This document shows positions 41,973 through 52,734 of a DNA stretch of 64,000 nt, one piece after another. The first letter of the stretch is position 1, and each line of letters opens with the position of its first letter. Below the pieces are notes generated by a model. It searched no databases, was not told the origin of the DNA, and saw only the letters and a program-made list of their open reading frames with translations. The stretch comes from Iphione sp. A-MEVVRFRX5 (lineage: Eukaryota): NCBI GenBank assembly GCA_976226885.1, contig OZ320323.1, positions 1,488,001 through 1,552,000 on the forward strand. The letters are read 5' to 3'. A program made the position numbers and the translations under genes.

Positions 41973-43390
41973 CTATTGATCCTCTGCTCCTCCCACCGCC
42001 ATTTCCTCCTCCTCTCTGGCTTCTGTGCTACATAGTTCAGATCTTACTTCCGTCAACAACCGGCCTAGTACATTCTTACCCTTATACTCTGCTCCTTTTT
42101 TTAACAAATACCCAAAGCCTCCCGCAGCACCCAAAACATTGATCTACTAGCAGATATCAGTTCCTTTCCCCTTGTTGCTTTAAAGTTATTCCTTAGGCCT
42201 GGTAGATTATTAGACTTTGCTCTCAGAATGCCTTTCATGCATCTTACCCGTTCCTTCTCCCACGTGTTTGGCAAAGTTATCCTTTTCCCTATTGTGATCA
42301 ACTCTTGTGGTTCAGAAGTTGCCAATATTTCTTCTTTGGCCTTTATGTCATCTGCGTATGCTGCCTTCTCTAGCTGAAACGCCTGTTCAGCTCTTTTGAC
42401 TACCCTTATAGTCAAATGGCGCAATGTAAAAATTACTTAGACTGGCCTCCTTTCCATGGAATACAACTCTGGTGTCAGTGTGAACTTGTTTAGCCTCAGC
42501 AATTGACAGGTCATCCGGTAGATTACGCAGGTCATTAGCCCTGTATGGCATGTCATCAATGTACAATACATTGTTTGAAACCATTGCTTTGTATCCTTTG
42601 TTCTTAGCCAATGTCGCTATTGATCTCATTTCCCCTTGGACTTGTCTCTGTGTTTATGTCAAGTTGTCCCCAACCCAGATGTTTGTTCCCTTTAATTTTC
42701 CTCTGCTTTTCATTACTACCGCTTTGTCCTGATTAAGCAAGAATTTCACTATCACATCCTGGTGTCCTCGTACTGATTCTCTCTTTAGTTTATAGCATGC
42801 TGCTATACTTCTCTTATCGATGGAAACTCCCATTTTATGGAACAGCTCTTCTGCAATTGCATCTGGATCAGTTATTCTCCTCCTATGCCACTTACTATTG
42901 TGTTCGCACGTATTGAACGGTCCATCTGTTCCATCATCTGTCTCTGCTGCATAATTTCCTTCCTCAAAATTTTGTTCTCTGCTAGGACCTCTGCCGTTTT
43001 CCCCTGTAGCTCACGTCTGTCTTGATCCAACCTTTCTGTTTTCAATTCCAGTCCCGTAATTTGCTTCTTCAGCTCGCCTATACAGTCACTGCTTCCCTTC
43101 CATATGCCTTTAGCATCTTCTATACTCTTTTCCACAGATTCCATCCTTTTTTCATTCTTCTTCATCCATCTAAGTATGCTCCCCATCCCCAATTTGCGTG
43201 ATGTTATTGCGACTGGGCTGGCTGCACCCCGCTTTCTTTTCTGTCTCCTCTTTCTCTGTGGTTGCTCTTCTTTTCCTTCCTCCTCACACTGAGATAACTG
43301 CGATTCAACATCTGTCAGTCCCCGCAATATTTCTGTTATTGATTCATCCCCAGCATCATCCTGTCTTTCCTTCACATCCCTTGTGCCCAT
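41973..43390 (-). pseudogene. L1/Transposase_22-type ORF1 (coiled coil, RRM, CTD) fused to a C-terminal NADAR domain; three frameshifts and one in-frame stop
   Basis: Heptad region; SIRANTIVSGI; DVIVKF..KLKGTNIWVGDNLT; KAMVSNNVLYIDD; then FHGKEASLSNFY, AEQAFQLEKA, W...MKGILRAK, T.GKELI.AS..FW(G), GKNVLGRLLTEVRSEL (NADAR ~42033-42467). Confidence 0.85.
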
Positions 43391-44504
43391 CCCGTCTGTT
43401 TCCCCCTCTTGGCCTTCTATAGTTGTTTACATATAAAGTCTTGTGTGCTGTCTCGTTTGTTATGGCCTTGACCTTGCTCTCTTGCCTATACCGGTTAGTC
43501 TTCACACCAAATTTCAATTTAATGTATAGAAATTCAACTCTTTACCTTGCCATAGTTGGTCTCTACCTCTTTCCCTTTCACCCGCCTAGATTTCTCTTCA
43601 GTGGAGTTGTCGATATTATCCAATTTCAGTGTTAAATCAGGGGACTGGGCTCGGCACCACCTCTCTCTCAGGTTGCCATGGTGATGATTTTAGTGGTGGC
43701 CTTCTTTGCTTTAAGGAATTGTGGTCGTTACGATTCCTGGTCCACCTCTTCCAGGTATTTAAGGCTTTACGCACCCTCTGATAGACTAGTCTGTTCTCCT
43801 TGTTAAAGACCTGGGCAAAGTTCTTGTGCCTATCAAACCACTGCTGCATTTCCTTACTGCCCTCCACTCTGGTGGGAATTCGGCCTTACTTAAGCAGCTT
43901 ATGTTTTGAGCTCCCGGGGCTGTAGTAAGTATTTTAGGAGAACTTATAATAAACATGTCAAGATAATATTTGAGGACACTAAAATGTAGTGGAGGAAATA
44001 AGCATAATTTAAAAGGACGAAATGGGGGTAACAGGTTAGACCTGGAACACTGTAGGTATCCACATGTGACACATACCTTTTTGCGAGGATGGCAGTGAGG
44101 ATTCCACATGTGGCAATGTTGGAGAGGATTCCACATGCAACAAGCTATGGTGGAAAGGGTGGCAAGGATGTACAAGGGTGCCGAAGCTCTTGGGGCTGTA
44201 ATAAGTGTTGAGTAGATTCTAGGATTATGATATTTAAAATTGAAAGATGTTAGTGCCTCTGGGGGAAATTGTTTGGGGTAGTCAGCATAGCATTTGCCTA
44301 TTATAGGGTATTACACACCAGCTCACAACTTGCACTTGACCACTCTGTTGAGGGCTTTCTCTCTGCAGCCTCAGTTCCTGGTGCAGGGCATCTCTTTTTG
44401 GTGGCAGCATTTAAGGAAGTCAGGGTCGTATGATTCTTGGCCCACCTCTATTGGGTATTCAAGGCTTTATGCACCCTCCGGTTGACTAGTCCGTCCTCAT
44501 TAGA

Positions 44505-47300
44505 CTTCTCAACATTAAGCTTCATCTTGTTGTTTCACCACCTAGTTACAAGTTCCAGGTCCTGTTCCATACTATTAACAAGTTTATTATATGAGTTATT
44601 GCCATTTATCAGGAGTGCATCATCAGCATAGAGTATTATCTTCCCATTTAGCTTCAGATTTGCTATGTCGTTGATGAATACGAGAAACAAGAGGGCCCTA
44701 GCAGGCTACCCTGCGGTACCCCACATACTATATCAAATATCATCGATTCACATTCATTTGCAATGACTGTCTTCTGTTTTTTAGATACTCTCTTAACCAG
44801 CCTATCAGTGCCTTGAACCCCATTTCTCGTAGTCTGTGTAGGATAACACTGTGGTTTACACTGTCGAACGCTTTTCAAAAATCTAGAAAAATTGCTCCAG
44901 CCTTTCTCCCTTCATTTATTAAGTTGTGCATCTCATCAGTCAACACTACTATGGTGTCCGCAGGTCCCACCTGAACCCATACTGGTGCTCATATAATATT
45001 GCTTAATTTTATAAATCGATTGATTGATGTTGATACATGTATTTAAAAAAATAATATTCGTCGTAATGACATTATTCCTTGTCTATTTAATATTCTACTC
45101 TGTATGTAACTACTTCTTGTAACGATTTCCATTACCTGTTGTCAATGATATCTCTGTGCCTGATTTATAGAGACGACAATAAAAACAATCTCAATAATAA
45201 TTGCTCCTTTTCTAAATAGGTTATCATCTGCTCATATATGATTCGTTCCATCACCTTGGAGGAGCTCTTGCCCAGATTAATCTGTTTAATTGTGTGCAAT
45301 ACATGTTGTTCATTCACATTTTCCAGTTGAAATCCTTTCTTTCTCACATATGCCGGTAATAGGGGCTCTCCCATCTCTCTGGTCATTTCCCCGCCTATAT
45401 TTCCGAAGAAATCTTCCTACCTTCATGTACTAGTATCAGCTCATTTTGTGCTCCCTTCCCGTTACCAAACAGGTTGCGCACATAGTGCCAATACTTTTTC
45501 CATCCTTTTCGTAGGTTTTTAGCTTGCTGTTTACCAGTTCCCTTCTGTCCAGCCTTAGTACCCTTAGATACCTCTTTCGTGATGCTCGTACTCTCTCCCA
45601 GTACTTAGCAGATCTCGTCTGAGTATGCTCGTTCAGGGCATTTTCCACTACTCTGCTTGCCCTATTACACCTCTGGCTAGTGGGTACATATATGGCCCCC
45701 TCCCTTGTTTGTCTTTTGCGTAGTGGGCAAACTTCCTCTATTGCCCTTGTGATGTTTTCCTCTGTTATCCTCCACACGTCCTCTGTTTCTACTGTACCCC
45801 AGTCATAAGCTCTCATTATCGTGGCGTGGGTTTCCTACTCTGTTACTTGATGTCGGTTTCTAGTGCAAAGTGGTCACTTAGAGTATCTTTTATTACAGTT
45901 GTTTTTGCACATAGTCCTTTACTACAGAAACCGGTCTATTACACTGCCTCCCTTATCTGTCGGGTGGGTTACTTCATTTACCGTTAGTACTAGACCACCT
46001 TCAATTGCCCACATTTCGAGGGCTCGTTTACATTTGCTAGTTTTCAGATAGTCACAACTCACAAATAAAGTTACCTGTTACGAGACTTGGTAATTTTTCG
46101 GGCTTTTTCTTCATCACTCCCTGTAGAACAGATAGAAACGCTTCCCAGTCTCCTCCTCGGGCCATCTGTATACACAGATCAATGCTAGCTTCTCCCTTCC
46201 TTTTATATCATATGGGAGTAGCCATATATGATAGCCAATAATCTATTGGCTACCATCGTATAACATTGGTAGTTCCGCGTTTTTATTAGATACATGATAC
46301 TCTTGAGATGGTCCTTCACATATGTCAGTAAGCTGCCAACTTTCTTATTTACCTTTTGATGATTTCTAAATGTTTCATAACTGTGCCATTTCAAGAAAGA
46401 GGTGTGTTATCAGTTAGCCATGTCTCACTCACGACTATATTGTCATATGTCGGTCCATATCTCTGTTGGAGTTCTTCTTTCTTATGAAAGATACTATGAA
46501 TGTTTATGCTTAGGATCTTGGACATTCTGTATTATGTTTTGCATATTCTCGTAGCTTTCCGCACTTCGAATATTTTGGTTTCTAGTCAAGTAGTGGATCC
46601 TATCCATTTCAGCCAGTCTCCTCTTTCTTCCCAGTCAATGATAATGTGTGAGAAAACGATGCTGATTATTTTGGCACTGTGTAGCAGTTGTACAAACTGC
46701 TCTCCCATCTGACCCACTAAGTATACCATCCGATGTGATGTAGACCACTTAAAAATTGTTCCTCATCCCTTTTCATATTATTTACATACATGTCATAGCG
46801 ATACTCATATGCTGTTCATTTACTACCATCCTAGAGAGCTATTGCCCTCATTATAGCTCACTACCGTTGGTCATTACTGATACACTTGTAACTTCATATC
46901 TCACCTGCGTTATTGTACCTTGTGCCTTAGCTCCCTTTATGAAGTATGCTTGATAAACTCCTCACGGAGTATTACAAGTGTCACCTTCCCTTGCCTGTTA
47001 TAATGGCACCCATAGGACAAGTACCGGTGATTTACTGTGTTTCCCATTCCGTCTTCGATAAATCAGCGATTCTGTTCTTGGCATTGGTTTGCCATTGCTA
47101 TGATTAATTCTCACTATTTCTGTATTGACCCGTAGAGGAATCCTGTCTACTGCCCGCTGCATTTCATTGTCCCTATGAAAAAGGGTATTTGTCCTAAGAT
47201 AAGATACACATTAGTACTTGTACTTGCATACCTAGGTCGCCCAGCATACGTTCTAATGCTGCTCCCCTCGAGTCCGTTAAGATAAGATACATGACCTTAT
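44505..47300 (-). mobile_element. Second, more decayed CR1/L2-like LINE (SGNH ORF + APE-RT), internally deleted and 3' truncated
   Basis: MYLILTDSRGAAL (47293), VNTEIVRINHSNG, YGCHYNRQGK; APE remnants at 45860-46400; AIFLDF.KAFDSVNH, GVPQGSLLGP, LYADD, NKMKLNVEKS. Confidence 0.8.
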
Positions 47301-47811
47301 ATTTGCAACTTGTATGTTAATAATTTAAATATAGTCAAGTGTCTTATCTGTCTCCCTGCTGCTGCAGCCCCGTTGGGTCCTATAATCCTGTGTCTTGTTG
47401 TCCGGTTGTTCAGCTGGTTAACTGGCAGGGTTCTTGACAGCAATGGGCTGGTAGGTTGTTCCAATGGGACACCCCCTTATAGTTTAGGGATCAGCGGTAC
47501 GGCAAACTCCTTGGTTTACTTATTTTCCCTCTGAGTGTTCCCCCTTTCTGTGTCTTGGTCTTTTTGTGTGAAGGAATGAGCCCTAATGACACGAGTCTGT
47601 GAATGCCAATGATACTTGTGCTACTAGGTCATCAACGCTTGGCATATTGAATCTCCTTTGGAGGGTGTTGGCGCTTAGGTAGTCTTTACCTTGTAAACAC
47701 AATCTAGCACACTTATTGAGCTGGTTTGTTTCACAAATTGGTTTTTACTCTGAACTAGATTTTAAGTGTTTCAACAAAGTCACGTAAGAGCATGATCTAA
47801 TACAAACTTAC

Positions 47812-48905
47812 TGTTTCATCACTATTTCCTTGTACTCCTCCTCCTCAACAGCATATCAGAGCCAGGAACCAATGACTCCTGAATAAGAAACAAGTCAGAT
47901 GATCATTGAGCTTGTACCCAATTGACCTTTTATACTATCTAAAGTTATGTCAGTTATGTTAGCATTTTATATATCATCTCTTTGAAACTATTCACAAGTA
48001 TGACATAAAGAATCACCAATTACTCTTTTCCACCTTATCTGAGCGGAACTGACATCCTTATCGTTCATTGATTGGTATGATTGTTTGCTTTGAGAGAGCC
48101 AGGGTCCTTACAAGTCCTGGCACACCTCTTCCGGATATTCAAGGCTTTACACAACCTCTGGTAGACTAGTCTGTCCTCCTTGTTCGACTTTGTTGCCAGT
48201 CCTTTCAGTTCAAATTGTTAACTGGGTTCAATCAGCCATCAGTGAGGTGATAATGTTTTCAGGACTAAAATCAAGGCTTGGTTGGGTTTCTTGCTGATGC
48301 ATTTCCAAATTTAAATATCAGTGCTTTGAGCTACTCATGCTTATTGTGACCCACTCATCTGGAAACCAGTTGGCTAGGATTCTGGAAGAGGAAAAATGGA
48401 GTTAGGATATGGGACGGCCAAGACACAATTAAAACCCACTTGGCAGAAAAATGCTTTAAACCACTTATCCTCTCATGTATATCAATAATTGTCTATTTCC
48501 ACCCAAGTATTCCATCCTACTACTCTCAGGCACACCTTACACTGTACATTATACAATTCAACTGCATTTACAATGTTTATTAGTTTAAGTCTGAACTGTT
48601 AAAGGGTCACATGATGCATCAAGGCATTGGCAAAGTACTCTGCATTGGTGCATCATGACAAATGAACATGAAGCCTTGAGACCTCATGCTGCCATTAAAG
48701 GTATATATAGGATTATATCAGTGCTGTCTTACAATATGAACAGAATAGGACCTTCCCACTGTGTAGTGGAGAAGGAAGAGCCCACAGTTGTATGAGTTGG
48801 GCTGTTGTTGGCACTTTGGGAGACTGCCCTTGAAGGTATCAGAGTTGAACACCCTAGAACCACACTTTTCTTTCTGTTTGATCGTCCACTCTACCTGGAA
48901 ATACC
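47812..48905 (-). pseudogene. Older, diverged and rearranged fragments of the same SENP6/7-like exons
   Basis: EEEYKEIVMKQ|gtaagt (47812); degenerate NP..NWFP..NKH.LKALI (48290-48390); VEWTIK..PKCQQQPNSYNCGLFLLHY (48735-48905). Confidence 0.7.
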
Positions 48906-51398
48906 TGTTAGAGATGAAAGGACTTCCTCTTTGGTGGCACCCTCTTGCCTTTCTTGGGTGGTGAGCAAGCCATGGAGGTCCTAAGATGGGGCCCCCTCTC
49001 GTGTTCCACAGTGGAGCTGTCCTGAGGGTCATCCCCCCTCTTGCCTGTTTTGGTGCTGGTCTCTCCTCTGCCCCTCCACTGCCCTCGAACTCAAGCTGCT
49101 GATGCAGACCCTGCAGGGGCCACTCCCTTTTGCTCCTCTTCCTTGCAGCTTGTTGAGGCTATCTTAACATCCCCTTCCTCTTCTTGTTCCCTCAGGGAGG
49201 GTCCTTGGGCCACACGCGGAGGATCTTTGACCCGCTGTCCTTATAGAACTCGTAGTAGGACTGTCTAACCTTCTTGAGGAGCTTCTTCAAGGCCCCCTCT
49301 GCCAGATGCAGCTTGGTATCCAGGTGCCTCTGAACATCTCAAGTCTTGGTTTGGTTTGTTATTTGATGCCAATTCCAGAATGCCTTCAGCTGCTGATGCT
49401 TGTTTTGGACCGGCTTTTCTGGAAACCAGTTCTCTAGGGCATTCATCAGAATCCTGTAGTCCTGGATTGGATTCTGAAATGGGGAAAATGGAGTTATGAT
49501 ATGGGATGGCCAATACACTATTGAAACCCACTTAGCTGAAAATGTCATTTTAACGTCAAAATAACATTATTTTTAGGTTCCTAAGTTCAGCAAAATGCTT
49601 TTTGCCAAGTGGGAACCTACTTGTCCACTCTTGTATATCAATAATTGTCTTTTTCACCCCAAGTATTGCATCCTACCACTGTCATCAGGCAGACCTTACC
49701 CTGTACATTATATAATTCAACTGCATTTACAATGTTTAAAGGGTCACATGATGCACCAAGGCATTGGCAAAGTACTTTGCATTGGTGCATCAGGATGACA
49801 AATGAACATGAAGCCTTGAGACCTCATGCTGCCTTTAAAGGTATATATAGGATTATATCAATGCTATCTTACAATATGAACAGAATAGGACCTTGTCTCT
49901 GCGTACTGGAGAAGGAAGATCCCACAGTCGTATGAGTTGGACTGTTGTTGGCACTTTGGGAGACTGCCCTTGAAGGTATCAGAGTTGAACACCCTAGCAC
50001 CACACTTTTCTTTCCATTTGATCGCCCACTCTACCTGCAAATACCTGTTAGAGATGAAGAGACTTGTAAAATCAATTCATTTCCCATGAGGTTGCTAGTA
50101 CTAGTTATCATACTACTTACGTGACTAACACCATGAAAGAAACCATCAAATACTTGACTTACTTCCACAGTATTTGAAAAACCATTCCTCTTCTCTTCTC
50201 ATCTCTGTGTGAGTCGAATATGAGGATGTATGGTCTGAAAGGTAAAGTTGGTTTGTTTCACAAACTGGTTTTGACTCTTAATTACATTTGAAGTGTTTCA
50301 ACAAAGTCACATGACAGTATGGTCTAATACAAACTTGCTGTTTTATGCCTCTTTTCTTGGACTCCTTTTCAGTAGGGTCTTGGATGAGCACTGGCTGCCC
50401 CTCCCCTGTTTGGCCTTCAAGTGTCTGGTTTCAGGTGTCCCTGAAAATGGGCTAGCCAGCAGTCCAATAAATATAACTCGTGATGATCCAGAAATGGTGC
50501 TGGCCAATTGACATCTTCCTTACTGTCCTGGTGCGAGCTGCACCATTCCCGATATATCTGCATGGCCCATTTACTGGCATGTTGTTTGTTTGGAGGAATT
50601 TGTTTCTGTATTTGCTCTTTGAGCTGCTGGCATGACAGGTTCATGTAGCTCCATTGTTCCCCCCACCTCAACGTAATGTCCCCACCCTTGAGGGTGTGGA
50701 TGCTTTGCTGCCTCCCTCCCCAGGGGGGGTGCCTGACAACATAAAGGCCATCTCATCCCCAAACAAGTTGACTAGTACATACTGGACCTCCACTTCTTGG
50801 GAGAGTACCGAGGGCACTCCTCCACTCCTTTGCAAGATTGTCTTCATCACTCAAGGCATCAAGGGTTGGTGACAGGCTTGGTGTTGATAGCTGGGAAGCC
50901 TGCTTAGTCAGCTGCATGGTTGAAGCCATGTAAGTTGATGTTTGCTGGAGAGATCTCTCTCCTTCTTCCCCTTAGGGGTCTGCTTCCTCTTTGGTGGCAC
51001 CCTCTTGCCTTTCTTGGGTGGTGAGCAAGCCATGGAGGTGCTAAGACGGGGCCCCCTCTCGTGTTCCACAGTGGAGCTGTCCTGAGGGTCATCCCCCCTC
51101 TTGCCTGTTTTGGTGCTGGTCTCTCCTCTGCCCCTCCACTGCCCTCGAACTCGAGCTGCTGATGCAGACCCTGCAGGGGCCATTCCCTTTTGCTCCTCTC
51201 CCTTGCAGCTTGTTGAGGCTATCTTAACATCCCCTTCCTCTTCTTGTTCCCTCAGGGAGGGTCCTTGGGCCACACGCGGAGGATCTTTGACCCGCTGTCC
51301 TTATAGAACTCGTAGTAGGACTGTCTAACCTTCTTGAGGAGCTTCTTCAAGCCCCCCTCTGCCAGATGCAGCTTGGTATCCAGGTGCCTCTGAACATC

Positions 51399-52470
51399 TC
51401 AAGTCTTGGTTTGGTTTGTTATTGATGCCAATTCCAGTATGAATGCCTTCAGCTGCTGATGCTTGTTTTGGACCGGATTTTCTGGAAACCAGTTCTCTAG
51501 GGCATTCATCAGAATCCTGTAGTCCTGGATTGGATTCTGAAATGGGGAAAATGGAGTTATGATATGGGATGGCCAATACACTATTGAAACCCACTTAGCT
51601 GAAAATGTCATTTTAACGTCAAAATAACATTATTTTTAGGTTCCTAAGTTCAGCAAAATGCTTTTTGCCAAGTGGGAACCTACTTGTCCACTCTTGTATA
51701 TCAATAATTGTCTTTTTCACCCCAAGTATTGCATCCTACCACTGTCATCAGGCAGACCTTACCCTGTACATTATATAATTCAACTGCATTTACAATGTTT
51801 AAAGGGTCACATGATGCACCAAGGCATTGGCAAAGTACTTTGCATTGGTGCATCAGGATGACAAATGAACATGAAGGCTTGAGACCTCATGCTGCCTTTA
51901 AAGGTATATATAGGATTATATCAATGCTATCTTACAATATGAACAGAATAGGACCTTGTCTCTGCGTACTGGAGAAGGAAGATCCCACAGTCGTATGAGT
52001 TGGACTGTTGTTGGCACTTTGGGAGACTGCCCTTGAAGGTATCAGAGTTGAACACCCTAGCACCACACTTTTCTTTCCATTTGATTGCCCACTCTACCTG
52101 CAAATACCTGTTAGAGATGAAGAGACTTGTAAAATCAATTCATTTCCCATGAGGTTGCTAGTACTAGTTATCATACTACTTACGTGACTAACACCATGAA
52201 AGAAACCATCAAATACTTGACTTACTTCCACAGTATTTGAAAAACCATTCCTCTTCTCTTCTCATCTCTGTGTGAGTCGAATATGAGGATGTATGGTCTG
52301 AAAGGTAAAGTTGGTTTGTTTCACAAACTGGTTTTGACTCTTAATTACATTTGAAGTGTTTCAACAAAGTCACATGACAGTATGGTCTAATACAAACTTG
52401 CTGTTTTATGCCTCTTTTCTTGGACTCCTTCTCAGTAGGGTCTTGGATGAGCACTGGCTGCCCCTCCCCT
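51399..52470 (-). pseudogene. SENP6/7-like SUMO protease (peptidase C48) 3' exons, representative array unit
   Basis: End of exon Z (..RGIKQ, 52402), exon A 52226-52297 (PYILIFDS..QILW), exon B 51936-52107 (YLQVEW..PKCQQQSNSYDCGIFLLQYAE), exon C 51399-51536 (NPIQ..NWFP..K...L..FILEL*). Phases join; the catalytic-His exon is absent. Confidence 0.8.
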
Positions 52471-52479
52471 GTTTGGCCT

Positions 52480-52734
52480 TCAAGTGTCTGGTTTCAGGTG
52501 TCCCTGAAAATGGGCTAGCCAGCAGTCCAATAAATATAAGTCGTGATGATCCAGAAATGGTGCTGGCCAATTGACATCTTCCTTACTGTCCTGGTGTGAG
52601 CTGCACCATTCCCGATATATCTGCATGGCCCATTTACTGGCATGTTGTTTGTTTGGAGGAATTTGTTTCTGTATTTGCTCTTTGAGCTGCTGGCATGACA
52701 GGTTCATGTAGCTCCATTGTTCCCCCCACCTCAA
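52480..52734 (-). pseudogene. Crypton/ZMYM(DUF3504-associated)-like N-terminal fragment, one per array unit
   Basis: QQLKEQIQKQIPPNKQHASKWAMQIYREW...LYLLDCWLAHF resembles the IPxNTxxxTxWAxxxFxxW...LxxWLxxF pattern; recognised by eye only. Confidence 0.55.

Larger units (their letters stand above)
38265..43390 (-). mobile_element. Decayed CR1/L2-like LINE: ORF1-NADAR, SGNH esterase ORF, APE-RT ORF2 (3' truncated)
   Basis: Three co-oriented coding blocks with similar decay (see sub-features); that they form one element is inferred. Confidence 0.7.

Noticed and set aside
38180-44177. LTR retrotransposon interpretation of the 74-bp direct repeats
   Set aside because: No TG...CA ends, PBS, PPT, gag, protease or integrase; the enclosed RT and APE are non-LTR type.
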